Source: Eledone cirrhosa (Eukaryota). Taken from it: a DNA stretch of 64,000 nucleotides. The notes beneath the pieces were generated by a model. It had not been told where the DNA came from, searched no databases, and saw only the letters and a list, made by a program, of their open reading frames with translations. The position numbers were made by a program, and so were the translations under genes. Positions 26,401-45,324 of the stretch are shown here, piece by piece (position 1 is the first letter of the stretch; each line of letters opens with the position of its first letter). Location: NCBI GenBank assembly GCA_964016885.1, contig OZ024743.1, forward strand, positions 179,304,001 through 179,368,000. Direction: 5' to 3'.

Positions 26401-26594
26401 GATAAATCTACCAAGAGTTTACGGTAGTGTCCAATCCGTATGAAGAACTCAATGTAATCCGGATATCATGGAAAGAAGAGATGCAATGAAAAATCACTTT
26501 CGGTGAAAGATAAACGGAATACAGAGTCAAGATAAAATATTAAAAAAATAATGAATAAAACAATGAAACAGTTCCTTATATTAAACAAAAAAAG

Positions 26595-26749
26595 TTCATT
26601 ATTTAACGATCGTTTCTAGGATATATATGTGTTAGAATTGGCATGCATATTCAACAGATCTATGTACAAAATTATACAAAATTATACAAACTATCAAAAT
26701 TAAATATACATACCCAACACATATATATGCCGTCTTCAGAAATAATGAA
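26595..26749 (-). ncRNA. Type I hammerhead motif with long stem II
   Basis: TTCATTATTT-CTGAAGA-CGGCATATATATGTGTTG..TAACACATATATATCCTA-GAAA-CGATCG-TT-AAATAATGAA; 10-bp stem I. Confidence 0.8.
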
Positions 26750-27250
26750 ATATATTTATTGATAATAACAACAATTCAAAATTTCAGGTCCGTTTGGGAA
26801 CAGAGTTCAAATTGACCAATGAAAATACAAAAAATTTTATGCAGTTTGGTGTGTGTATATACATGTAATTAACTTCATTTCTCTGACATAAAATATATGA
26901 AACAAAACAATAGTTTATCATCATTGTTGATGATGTAGTACATCACATTTCCAAATGGGATTTTAACAAATTCTGCTACATGTTTTCTTCCTACTGGTAT
27001 ATCTATTATTTTTCACAAACAGTGTAGCTTTCTTAATTTTCTTCGCAAGCAATAGCCTGGATAATAGTGCCTTTTAGAAATGCCAGTTCACACTTCCTTT
27101 CTGTGCATGACAAACTCACTAAATAAAATGAGGTTTTGACGATTCTGAAGTTATAATTAATGTTATGTAAATACACGTTTGATTATATTCCTTTAGTTTA
27201 GAGGTATTATATATAACTGGTTATATAGATAGGGCGCCATCAATATAAAG

Positions 27251-27296
<46 letters not shown>

Positions 27297-27298
27297 TG

Positions 27299-27349
27299 AG
27301 ATTCTACAGGACTAGAACTGTTTCATTCATTAGAAATCATCAGGAATCT
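27299..27349 (-). ncRNA. Type I hammerhead ribozyme motif
   Basis: AGATTC-CTGATGA-TTTCTAATGAAT-GAAA-CAGTTCTAGTCCTG-TA-GAATCT. Confidence 0.75.
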
Positions 27350-27582
27350 GGGACCTCAAAAGGAACTCCACCCCCTTCACGCTTAATTGGAAAATACTCC
27401 AGAAAGCGCGCTCTTACAACGGAGGACACAAGGGCTGCGACCTTTGTATTCCAGAGAGCTACGAAATTTTATTCGCCAAGGGCCCGCTACTGAACAAACT
27501 CTCTGAACACTGCCCGAACTGCATGCACAAGAACTTTGCAACTTTCAAACACTTTAAGCCAGTGTTAAAGCCCGATGGCTAA
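27346..27582 (+). pseudogene. C-terminal 78 aa of a Penelope GIY-YIG domain (absent from the ORF track)
   Basis: IWDLKRNSTPFTLNWKILQKARSYNGGHKGCDLCIPESYEILFAKGPLLNKLSEHCPNCMHK aligns by eye to LWQLK..WNIV..CDLCAEE..LN..CKH of ORF 30005-31153. Confidence 0.8.
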
Positions 27583-27805
27583 AAACGACCTCCCCCTATT
27601 GGCCCCTATTCCTCCTCCCCACCCTACCCCCACCCCTCCTCAACCTGAAATACGGCCACTATGGTTATGTGAGTACCTCTTTCGTATCTACATTTTCTGC
27701 CTGTAGAGGTGTCTTTATGTGTCTGCGTATATGCGTATATTTATTGAGTACCTATTTATTTGTATGTGTATATATTTGTTTGTATGTGTGTATATGTATG
27801 TGTGT

Positions 27806-27856
<51 letters not shown>

Positions 27857-27919
27857 TGTGTGTATATGTGTTTTATGTGTGTATATTTATGTATGTATAT
27901 GTATGTATATATGTGTATA

Positions 27920-27960
<41 letters not shown>

Positions 27961-28069
27961 ATATATGTGTATGTATGTATGTATGTGTATGTATGTTTAT
28001 GTATATATGTGTGTATGCATATGTATGTGTATGTGTATGTGTGTATATATATATGTATATGTGTGTATG

Positions 28070-28110
<41 letters not shown>

Positions 28111-28123
28111 ATGTGTATGTATA

Positions 28124-28180
<57 letters not shown>

Positions 28181-28243
28181 GTATGTATGTGTGTGCGTGT
28201 GTGTGTGTGTATATATATATATATGTGTGTGTGTGTGTATTTG

Positions 28244-28418
<175 letters not shown>

Positions 28419-28483
28419 GTGAGAGAGAGAGTGTGTATATATATTTGTGTGTGTGTGTGTGTGTATGTGTGTATGCGCGTGTG

Positions 28484-28548
<65 letters not shown>

Positions 28549-28678
28549 GGAAAGTTATATTTAAAATTGTTGGGTTACAACTAGTAAATATTTATAACTG
28601 ATATAAAAGCACTCGACAAATATTTGGAGTATATTTACAATATTAAATAAATGGAAACTATATTTATAAAACCATATC

Positions 28679-28744
28679 TATTTCATTATATATATTTCGG
28701 GGATATCATATTAACAATATGCTATGCCTTCCTCAGACAAAATA
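28679..28744 (-). ncRNA. Hammerhead motif in the inverted arm of PLE-2
   Basis: TATTTTGT-CTGAGGA-AGGCATAGCATATTGTTAATATGATATCCCC-GAAA-TATATA-TA-ATGAAATA. Confidence 0.75.
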
Positions 28745-29980
28745 CAATATAAACAGTTTTATAGATAAATAGATTCGACATACCGTTATAACACCGACTT
28801 CCATTTGAAGAGGTTTAAGCTGGCAGTGAAAAAATTTTACACAGAGAGAAAGAAAGAGAGAAAAAAGAAAGAAAGACAGAAAACGAAGAAAAGGAAGAAA
28901 AAGAAGAAATGCATGGAACAAAATAGAGAGATGGAAAGATAGATAAAGCGAAGAACTTCATGTAAAGAAACAGAAAGAGATATATATATATAGAGAGAGA
29001 GAGGAAATAGAGATAAATACATATATATATAGACAATTAGGTAGTGGGAGGTCATTTTGAGTAAATGTATCAATGATACATTTATTTATTTATTTATTTA
29101 TTTATTTAGCTCAAGTATTAATGTAAGGGAGATATATATAGAGAGAAAAAATATAGAGAGAGGAAAAAATAGCGAGAGAAAAAAATTTAAAAATAGCCAG
29201 ATATATTCGAGGCGTAAAAACCCTATGTTTTAATGTATTAGTATTTATAAAACTTACACTATATTGTAAATATCAGTATTCCTGAATGAGACAAGTATCC
29301 ATCGTGTGTGCAAATTAATTATCTTATGTTTAGTTTTAAAAAAATTAATTATCTTATGTTTAGTTTAAAAAAAATTCATATGTTTATGTGACAGCTACAA
29401 ACATCCATGCGAATCCACATGATTCACTCTGCAAACTCTAAGTTCACGGAAAACATTCTCAATGTGGTATAAAAATTTGAGCATACATATATGTGTATTA
29501 TTATTCCTGTCTTTACTCTACAAGATTATCTATCAAGCAGAAATAGAGAGCAGATTTCAATATACCAATAGAAATATATATCAGAAACAAAACTAAAAAA
29601 ATAAAAAGATAACAATAATAATAATAAGTAAAAATAAGTAATAATAAAATAGAAAACTAAAAAAATATTACGAAAGAATATTACATAATAAAAATATTAC
29701 ATATTAAAAATATTATGTATTAAAAAATATTACGTATTAAAAATTTACATATTAAAGATATTAAAAATAAAAATAAAAAATAAAAAATAATTATAAAATA
29801 CTACAATAATAAAAAATAAAAATAAAAATAAACCACAAAGATCAACCCTTCAAAGTTAATTAACAATATACTGCCAAGTTCATTACAAGACAAAGCCAAA
29901 AATTATCTATCAAATCACATCTAGCAAAGATCATTTCAAAAAGTTTATGATGTCCAAATTGGTCTACATATGTTCTTATA

Positions 29981-31153
29981 ATAGGAGGTTTATATAGGGA
30001 TGACATGCTTTTACTTATTAATAATAATAACCCTGAACTAAATAGAAAATGTAAACAAATTACAAAATTTTTTAATTACTTTAACCTTAAAATAGAAATT
30101 GAGTACAACCATAGAATAGTCAATTTCCTAGATATAACATTAAATCTCAACACATGTCTCCACTATCCTTTTCACAAGTTGAATGAAAACTTAAACTATG
30201 TCAACTTTAACTCTAACCACCCCAGATCTGTCAAAAACACTATAGTAAACTCAGTTCAAAAACGTATCTCTAGGATCTCGTCGAATAGAAAGATTTTCGA
30301 CGAAAAGGCCCAATACTATAATGAAGCATTAGCTAGGGCAGGATATGCTGATAAGATTGTGTACATAGATAATGATAGACAAACTAAACAAAGTAACAAC
30401 TTTTTTAATTACGGCAACAACATTAACAACTATAATAGAAAGCATTACAATAATTCCAAAGGCCAAAAAAGAAATAGAACTAGGAACATAATTTGGTTTG
30501 CCCCCCTTTTCTCACTAAACATTAAAACCCACATCGCTAAATTATTTTTCAAAGCTCTTGATAATCGCTTTCCTAGAACACATAGGTATCACTCAATTTT
30601 CAATAGGCATACAATTAAATTAACCTACTCATCCACCAAAAATTTAGCACAAAATATTAATAGAATAAATAATAGGAACTTAAAACCTAGTGATAATAGC
30701 ATAAATAATATACAAGTTAACAAATGTAACTGTAGAGATAGATCTAAATGTCCGCTAAATAGCAACTGCTTAGTTAAAAATATAGTATACAATTGTAATG
30801 TTAATACTGACTCTAATTCTTTTAACTACGTCGGTTCCACATCGACGGAATTTAAACTTCGCTATAATAACCACAAGAATTCTTTCACAGATCCAAGTAA
30901 AAAATCTTCAACGGCACTATCAGGCGTACTCTGGCAACTTAAGCTAGATAACGTTAGATATTCGACGGCTTGGAATATAGTCTCAAGAGGGATTCCTTTT
31001 AATTCATCCTCTGAGACATGTGACCTCTGCGCAGAGGAGATATTCTTTATACTAAAATCTAAAAATTCCCTTAACCTACGTACAAATTTATTCAGTTGTT
31101 GCAAACATAGATTAAACTCAACGTTTAAATATAAATTTAAATTTAAAATGTAG
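29981..31153 (+). pseudogene. Penelope RT (from YRDD) + GIY-YIG endonuclease, open but 5'-truncated
   Basis: GGLYRDDMLL, VNFLDITLNL, NSNHP, IIWFAP, CNCRDRSKCPLNSNC, IVYNC..YVGSTSTEFKLRYNNHKNSF, CDLCAEE. Confidence 0.92.
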
Positions 31154-32601
31154 TATATTTAGTTTGATTTATATTTATATGGGAAACTAGCCGATAAATT
31201 TTTGATTCCTAAATTTTTGATTCCTTCTTTTTATTCTTTTTTTTTTTTTTTTATTGTTTATTTTTATTTTATTTTTATTTAAACATTCCTCATGAAAAAT
31301 TAAGCTACCCTAAAAGCTGATGCTCCAAATTTTTTGAATAAACCTTACACTAGATAAACTTCTATATTAAATATAAGAACATATGTAGACCAATTTGGAC
31401 ATCATAAACTTTTTGAAATGATCTTTGCTAGATGTGTTTTGATAGATAATTTTTGGCTTTGTCTTGTAATGAACTTGGCAATATATTGTCAATTAACTTT
31501 GAAGGGTTGATCTTTGTGGTTTATTTTTATTTTTATTTTTTATTATTGTAGTATTTTATAATTATTTTTTATTTTTTATTTTTATTTTTAATATCTTTAA
31601 TATGTAAATTTTTAATACGTAATATTTTTTAATACGTAATATTTTTAATATGTAATATTTTTATTATGTAATATTCTTTCGTAATATTTTTTTAGTTTTC
31701 TATTTTATTATTACTTATTTTTACTTATTATTATTATTGTTATCTTTTTATTTTTTTAGTATTGTTTCTGATATATATTTTTATTAGTATATTGAAATCT
31801 GCTCTCTATTTCTGCTTGATAGATAATCTTGTAGAGTAAAGACAGGAATAATAATACACATATATGTATGCTCAAATTTTTATACCACATTGAGAATGTT
31901 TTCCGTGAACCTAGAGTTTGCAGAGTGAATCATGTGGATTCGAATGGATGTTTGTAGCTGTCACATAAACATATGAATTTTTTTAAAACTAAACATAAGA
32001 TAATTAATTTTTTTAAAACTAAACATAAGATAATTAATTTTCACACACTATGGATACTTGACTCATTCAGGAATACTGATATTTACAATATAGTGTAAGT
32101 TTTATAAATACTAATACATTAAAACATAGGGTTTTTACGCCTCGAATATATCTGGCTATTTTTAAATTTTTTTCTCTCGCTATTTTTTCCTCTCTCTATA
32201 TTTTTTCTCTCTATATATATCTCCCTTACATTAATACTTGAGCTAAATAAATAAATAAATAAATAAATGTATCATTGATACATTTACTCAAAATGACCTC
32301 CCAATACCTAATTTTCTATATATATATGTATCTATCTCTATTTCCTCTCTCTCTCTATATATATATCTCTTTCTGTTTCTTTACATGAAGTTCTTCGCTT
32401 TATCTATCTTTCCATCTCTCTATTTTGTTCCATGCATTTCTTCTTTTTCTTCCTTTTCTTCGTTTTCTGTCTTTCTTTCTTTTTTCTCTCTTTCTTTCTC
32501 TCTGTGTAAAATTTTTTCACTGCCAGCTTAAACCTCTTCAAATGGAAGTCGGTGTTATAACGGTATGTCGAATCTATTTATCTATAAAACTGTTTATATT
32601 G

Positions 32602-32667
32602 TATTTTGTCTGAGGAAGGCATAGCATATTGTTAATATGATATCCCCGAAATATATATAATGAAATA
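32602..32667 (+). ncRNA. Hammerhead motif in the 3' terminal repeat of PLE-2
   Basis: Same sequence as 28679-28744 on the opposite strand. Confidence 0.75.
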
Positions 32668-32704
32668 GATATGGTTTTATAAATATAGTTTCCATTTATT
32701 TAAT

Positions 32705-32705
<1 letters not shown>

Positions 32706-32751
<46 letters not shown>

Positions 32752-32888
32752 ATAGATATTTATACATATGCATGTGTATGTATGTATGTGTGTGTGTGTG
32801 TGAGTGTGTGTGTATATATATGTGTGTGCGTGTATATATATGTGTGTGTATTTGTATGTATGTATATATATATATATATGTATGTATG

Positions 32889-32983
<95 letters not shown>

Positions 32984-33221
32984 ATGTATGTATGTGTATA
33001 TATGTGTGTGTGTATGTGTGTGTATATGTGTATATATAATATGTATATATGTGTCTGTAAATATATGTATGTATATGTGTATATATGTATATATATATGT
33101 GTATATATATATATATGTATATATGTGTATATATGTATGTACATACGTGTATATATGTGTGTACATTTATGTTTATGTGTATGTATGTGTATATGTATGT
33201 TTGTATGTGTGTTTGTATGTG

Positions 33222-33280
<59 letters not shown>

Positions 33281-33457
33281 GTGTGTGTGTGTATGTATGT
33301 ATATGTGTGTATATTTTTATATATATGTATATATTTGTGTGTATGTATATATATGTATATATACTTATGTATATGTGTATGTGTATGTGTATGTATGTGT
33401 GTGTGTGTATATGTATATATGTATATGTGTGGGTGTGTGTATATATGTGTGTATATA

Positions 33458-33500
<43 letters not shown>

Positions 33501-33510
33501 GTGTGTGTGT

Positions 33511-33552
<42 letters not shown>

Positions 33553-33621
33553 ATATATATATATATATGTATGTATGGTGCTTTTTCCTTATATATGTGT
33601 ATATATGTGTATGTGTGTGTA

Positions 33622-33666
<45 letters not shown>

Positions 33667-33874
33667 ATGTATGTGTGTGTGTGTGTTTGTATTTGTATAT
33701 ATTTGTTTATGTGTGTATATATATATATATATATATGTGTATGTGTATGTATGTATATATGTATGTGGTTATATATATGAATGTATATATATATATATGT
33801 ATATGTGTATATATATGTGTGTGTGTGTTTGTGTGTATGTGTGTGTATATGTATATATATGTGTGTGTATGGGG

Positions 33875-33920
<46 letters not shown>

Positions 33921-33944
33921 CATGTATATGTGTGTACGTATATG

Positions 33945-33977
<33 letters not shown>

Positions 33978-34266
33978 GTATATATATGTATGCGTATGTG
34001 TGTGTATATATGTATGTGTATGTATGTATGTGTGTATGTGTATATATATATATATATATAAGTGTGTGTATATGTGTCTGTGTATGTGTATGTATATATG
34101 TCTATATGTATTTGTGTGTATATGTATACACATGTATATTTGTGTTTGTATGTATGCGTGTGAGTGTATTTATTTGTGTATATATATGTGTGTGTGTGTA
34201 TGTATGTGTATGTGTGTGTGTATGTGTATATATATATATATGTGTGTGTGTATATATGTGTATATA

Positions 34267-34335
<69 letters not shown>

Positions 34336-34440
34336 GTGTATGTATGTGTGTGTTCATGAATATATATTTTTATATATGTGTGTGTGTTTTTATGTGTGTA
34401 TATGTGTTTGTGTGTGTGTTTATGGTTGCGCGTAAGTGTG
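32706..34440. repeat. ~1.7-kb mixed (TA)/(TG)/(TATG) microsatellite
   Basis: Directly visible; continues the tract at 27720-28548. Confidence 0.95.
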
Positions 34441-34924
34441 TGAGTGAGTATGTGGTTTTTTGTTTTTTTGTGAATGTGTCTGTTGATTTTTGGCATATAG
34501 TTGATTAGTTTAAGCGAAGTTCGAAGATAATAGTAAGATATGCACTCAGTATTTTGAATCTGTCTGCAGAATTCTCTAGACCTTTGTCACTTAGTAGAAC
34601 CTTAATGACTTTAGCTTTTAAAGAATCTCCCTTTTCTTTAATTCTATCGACCATGACTGACCCCCCACTGATTTTATAGACACCTGTTAGCTTAAGAGAA
34701 ACTTAATGACAAGGAATGGTATGCCATCCAGAACCTGTTTATAGAATTCTGTCTGCCCTTGTTACTCTAAAAACATAAATAAATAAAAATAAACTATAGC
34801 TTTGTAGAATTAGCTTTTAATGAATTCCCTTTTCTATCAACCAATGACCTGCACTCATCCCACTCCCCACCCTCTCCTACCACTTGTAGAGACCTATAAA
34901 TACCATATTTATTTTTTGATACCC

Positions 34925-34975
34925 AGATTGCTGATGATTTCTAATGAATGAAACAGTTCTAGTCCTGTAGAATCT
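34925..34975 (+). ncRNA. Hammerhead motif, inverted partner of 27299-27349
   Basis: AGATTG-CTGATGA-TTTCTAATGAAT-GAAA-CAG..CTG-TA-GAATCT; one mismatch at the base of stem I. Confidence 0.7.
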
Positions 34976-35057
34976 CATCTATATTAAAACTTTTATACTC
35001 TGCTATGTATTGAGTACCTTACTTACTGTGGTTACCTCCGATTCAACCCGGAATAAC

Positions 35058-35092
<35 letters not shown>

Positions 35093-35134
35093 ATGATATT
35101 AAATAAATGGAAACTATATTTATACAACCATATT

Positions 35135-35197
35135 TATTTTATTATATATATTTCAAGCGCACCAAAACACTTTGGTACGCTTTCTTCAGATAAAATA
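35135..35197 (-). ncRNA. Type I hammerhead ribozyme motif in a solo terminal-repeat fragment
   Basis: TATTTTAT-CTGAAGA-AAGCGTACCAAAGTGTTTTGGTGCGCTT-GAAA-TATATA-TA-ATAAAATA; well-paired stems I and II. Confidence 0.88.
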
Positions 35198-35381
35198 CAA
35201 AGTTTGTTTTATAAATAGAGACATACCCAGGAAATTCATACCTTATCAGTTGAGTATTCCCTAGATAGTATATTTATATTTATATTTGTCGGATTTCCAA
35301 CAAATAAAATATCCCTTCTACTTATATATATATATATGTATATATGTTTGTATGTGCATATGTATATCTTGTACATATGTG

Positions 35382-35437
<56 letters not shown>

Positions 35438-35444
<7 letters not shown>

Positions 35445-35651
35445 GTAGAATAGCTTTCACCGTATTTTTGACTAAATGAATTTTAGCCTGATAATGGGGT
35501 TTAGAACCCTCAGCTAAATGGAAAAAGATGAGTATTGACGTAGATGTACGTCAATACTTATCTTTTTCCATTTATCTGAGGGTTCTAAACCCCATTATCA
35601 GGCTAAAATTCCTTTAGTCAAAAATACGGTGGAAGCTATTCTATTTTCTAA
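35438..35651. repeat. Fold-back palindrome (~105-bp arms) in (TA)n
   Basis: Centre ...GAGTATTGACGTAGATGTACGTCAATACTT...; related element at 48268-48460. Confidence 0.85.
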
Positions 35652-36454
35652 TTTCAAACCTGCTCACTGTTTCAAAACATACTTACTTGATATATATATA
35701 TATATATAATGAGAATTAAGTCACAGCTGATTGAAAAAAGTAACAAAGCTCGTTTAAAAATGAATCATTTATTGAACTTTAATTGAATGAACAAACCAAA
35801 TAAGACATAGGAATTTCCCCATTAAAAAGAAATACGAAAAACAAATATTGAAAGCTAATAACTGCAATTAATAGATAGGAAACTTCTCGAAAGTTGGTAA
35901 CGTTTAATTAATTAGCCAGAGGGTATATTCCGGTTTAAATTAGAGACTTTATTAAAATTAAAATTGAAAAAAAAAATAATAATAATGATAATACAAAAAA
36001 AAAGGGATTAAGATGGAGAAGTAATTTATTTCAGAAGAAATTATTTCACTCTATCACACATCTACATCAATTTCGGTCTATTTCAAACATAAAAATAATT
36101 TTTTTCTATTCTTCTAGTTAAGACTTGCCGTGAGGCAGGTATTTATGACAAGTTTATATTTTGCATCGTTAATCATTTCCAATCGTTATAAAAGACCGGG
36201 CGATAGTGAACACATATTTTGGAACAAACAAAATCAAATGAATTTGCCAGCAGTCTAAACCACACATAGCTACGCATGTTTTTATTCATAACATTCGATC
36301 ATTTTAATGAAGCTCAGGTAATTCAATGTAAAATGAGTAAGAGGAGATAAATATGATTAAATTTCAAATTAACTGTTTTGCTTAGTAAGTAAATAGATTT
36401 GAATCGTATTTTGCATGCAGCTTTGAATAACAACGCCATTTCTGAGTGTTTAAA

Positions 36455-36880
36455 CTTTTCTTTTTCTTCTTCTTTTTCTTCCTTTTCTTCTTTTTCGCTC
36501 ACTTTGAGGACTCTGCCTCAAACACTCCTTCCATCGGGTCCTCTCAGGAGCAAACGTCTTCAACTGATTTAGCTAGATCCCCAAGCGAGACTAGCCAAGC
36601 TCATGGATGTTATCCAACCGTCTTGCTTGGGGTCTAGCCTTGGGTTGCCTGTCAGTTGGTTTTGCCCCTTAAAATCTGTCCAGCGATTCTTTCCTGAGAC
36701 ATTCTAACCACATGCCCTGCGTTTCGGAACTGTGATTTTCAATTAGGAGAAGTCGCAGCTCTTCCTAGGGTGAATCTCTCATCTCCGAGATACGAATTCT
36801 ATCGAGTAACGTTACTCCAAAGTCTCTTAGGTGGAACCCAATTTCGGCCGCTTGTATTCGCGATCGAATTCTTTCGTTCA
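36455..36880 (-). mobile_element. RTE-clade (Rex3/Expander-like) LINE 3' fragment
   Basis: Minus translation resembles RPQARRLDNIHELG*SRLGI, followed by a (GAA)n-like tail; homologous to 45835-46230 and 62303-62505. Confidence 0.65.
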
Positions 36881-37507
36881 CTACCTAAGGTTCATTATTA
36901 TAGATAAGGTTTGGCATGAATACCGAATTGGGGATAGCGAGTTTGACTTTTACATCTACCTCCATTTTCTGGTTACTAAATGCTGAAAGTGTTTAATCTC
37001 ACAATAAAAAATAAATTCCGTCCGTTGTCCTACAATATCAGTCATTTCTCTGTCTTTTCTGAGAGAATATTTATTAAAATATTATAAATATTGGAGTATT
37101 AAATTATTAAAATTGTACAAATATTATTATCCTGTTCTACATTTTATTACTGTCTCTGTCATTTAGCAAGAAGCGTTTAGGAGCAGTGAGTAAAGAATAA
37201 ATGATATATGTTGAATTTCATATGTATCTTCTATCTCTCCACCTTTCTGTGATTGTGCGTGTGTTATTTATGCAGTGTTGATATATTTTATGTGCATCTT
37301 ATAGACCTATATTTCTACGTAATTTCTCTGACCTCGTCTGTGTGTACGTTCATGGAAGGTTTATGTGTGTAAGTGTGTTAATTCTTAAGAACACTCATAT
37401 TTTTTTTACTATAAATCAATATTAAAATTATAGTAGAATAAAATCTGAAGTGAACCACTTCTGTAGAAATTAAGGTGCTAGGAGGGAATCACAGACTAGA
37501 TGAATGG

Positions 37508-37556
<49 letters not shown>

Positions 37557-37684
37557 CGTTTCTGAATTTGTTTAGCAAGATTCTTTATCTGAAAACGTGT
37601 GTTGAAACCGATATTGTTATACTTTGGGAGGGTCACGTTGCCAATAAGAAACACCGCACTAGTTGCTTTCACTTCAATTTATTA

Positions 37685-39873
<2,189 letters not shown>

Positions 39874-40108
39874 TAGAGAAATGAGTTATAAAGAAATAAT
39901 ACATATACAGAGGGAAATGTTTTATGAAGAAATAGTATATATATATAAGTTAATCCCGGGTTCAATCGGGGGCAACCACAGTAAGTAAGGTACTGCTTTG
40001 TTTTCATCTTTGTCTCTCTCAATTTTCACTTTCACCTGTTTTTCCTATCTATCTTTCACTTCCTACCTCGAGATTTCCCTCTGCATTGTTGTGGCTTTCT
40101 TAACTACG

Positions 40109-40690
<582 letters not shown>

Positions 40691-40699
40691 AAGGGGTTA

Positions 40700-42942
<2,243 letters not shown>

Positions 42943-43189
42943 ATATATATATATATATAAAAAGGAACGATCGACTTTCGTCAAATCGGACCGAGGGAAC
43001 AATGTTTCCGTTGGTTTTTCCAATTGCTAATACTATCTATCGGTCGTAACTCCAGGTAGAAGGAGCAACGTGAAATAAAGTGTCTTGCTCAAGGACATAA
43101 CACATCGCCTGGTCCAGGAATCGAACTCACAACCTTACGATTGCGAATCCAATTCTCTAACCACTCAGCCACACGCCTTCACTATATAT

Positions 43190-43253
<64 letters not shown>

Positions 43254-43429
43254 GTTATAAAGCAGTGATAGAATATATATATACAGAAGTGGTTACACAA
43301 CAGTTAGTTCACCATACCGAGAACAATTGTTTCGATATGGTGAACTAACTGTTGTGTAACCACTTCTACTTAACTCGTCCCATGGACTGAGTGCTCTACC
43401 ACTACGGATATGACCTTCAAGGGTTCTAG

Positions 43430-43560
<131 letters not shown>

Positions 43561-45324
43561 GGTTATAAAGCGATAGAATTTATATATATAGAGAGAGAGA
43601 GAAAATGTGTACGAATGAGAAAGTGAGGGAATGTGGAAAGAAGGACAATGAGACAGAGAAAATATACGTATAGAAATAAAAGATAATAAACGAAGAAAAG
43701 GAAAAATATATGAGAAGCGAAGAGAAGTGGAAGACTTGAACATAAGGAAGCCGTTTTTGTTTTTTTAGATGAAATTAAGATATTTTATGTTGCTTTTAAT
43801 GTGACAGCGAGTAACCGATGTAGGAGGCTATTTTGCAAGTGATCTATTGATTATCAGCTAAATCAAATGGCCGTTAAAACTTTGTTCTGAATATTTAAAA
43901 TGTCAGATTTGCTTTACATAATTTCGCAGATGTAATTTATGAGAGGCAATTTAATTTATATATATATTTGACGGAGCTAACTTTAAACTAATATGAAAAA
44001 TCGACAATTATAAAGACGTTGAAAATATGGTCATGGGAATTACGATGGAGAGAAATAGTTTTATGTTTTTGTTTGATTTTTGCTACAAATAGTTCCATTA
44101 ACGTGTCCAAACTTTAGAGATATTAATTGCAGAATGTTGTAGTTAAAAGTGCTGCAGTTGAAACAAATCATTGATGTGAAAAAAAAAAGAAAGGAAAGAA
44201 AATAAAAAAACACATGCAATTCAATAAAGAGAAATTTCGAAATATTGTTTTTAGTGATTTTGTTTTCTATATCGAGGATTTTATTAACACTGAGATCATT
44301 AAAGGGGAGATAATAACCGTCACGACTGGAATTGTCGTGAAATATTTGATTTCTAAAGAATATAGTCAATATAGTTCATATATCACATAACTATTGGCAT
44401 TGTGCCGCAACTTTTGATGGAGCGGGGGGGGGGGGGGGCTGCAGTGGTATACAGCATTTCTTGAGTCTTTTAAAGCTGATAGAGCCCATCGTTCTCCAGG
44501 TCTGAATATAACAGCTCTCTTCCAGAGAAGGAAATAAAATGAGAGAGAGAAAAAAATATAGAGGAAGTATCGACCCCTTACTCGATTGGTACTTTGTTTA
44601 TCTACCTAGAATGGATGAAAGGCAAAGTTGACATTTAAGCAGGCTGCACAGATTCCAGGCCTCAGACACGTAACGCTAAAATAACCAAGTCCACCTATAT
44701 GTAAACAGGTCAATCATAGTGGCATAATTGCTATTCTAATTCTAAATGGTGCATGTATCTTTATCTTGCTATAGAGACTTGGAATTTCAAAAGACTATTT
44801 CAGTAAGTTGGTGCATTTATGATACACTGAGTGGTGGGATTTCCACTGAGTCACATAAATAAAAACATAATTTGTTATGGCGGTAAATAACTTTTATTCA
44901 CTTTACGCTTCAGACAAAAGAGCCATGTATTTTCATTAAGTTTTAGAAGTTCAAATGCATTTAAATAAATGCCCAAAGTCAATTAACATGTGTCATTAGC
45001 AGCAATGTAGAACAAAAGAATAATCAATATCCAATCTCAAAGAACTTCTAATAATTGAAGTTTTAATTACACGAAGGTTATTCTTGTGTAAATGTGGATT
45101 CGATGTTGGAAAATGTTTTCATGATTTGCAGAGTAAACGAAGTGAAAATAGAGTGACCCATTCATGAACCGCAGTTTACACCTTACTTTCAGGTGTAAGG
45201 TATAAATCTGATGTTGTTTTTCAAAAAAGAAGAAAGCGTCAAAAAATATTTTCAGATGATGAAAGGGCGTTGTAACCTTTTGGATTTGTATTTTCATTGG
45301 TTCTCGCTAGAAGAAATATAATAG

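Larger units (their letters stand above)
28549..32709 (+). mobile_element. Penelope-like (Naiad-type) element PLE-2, 5'-truncated, with ~1.34-kb inverted arms
   Basis: 28636-29980 is the near-identical reverse complement of 31372-32709; the ORF lies between them; each arm has a hammerhead. Confidence 0.92.

Noticed and set aside
28733-28921. Duplicated small hydrophobic ORFs (also 32425, 51235/56043 and 51471/55802)
   Set aside because: Pyrimidine-rich terminal-repeat sequence duplicated with the element arms; no coding evidence.
28636-32709. DNA transposon with 1.3-kb TIRs
   Set aside because: The enclosed ORF is RT+GIY-YIG truncated at the arm junction; the inversion is a Penelope insertion feature.
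32677-34508. Long ORFs up to 543 aa rich in Y/I/C/V/H/T (also at ~2000, 11400, 15000, 27700, 40000, 41500 and 58500)
   Set aside because: Translations of TA/TG/CA microsatellites, which lack stop codons.
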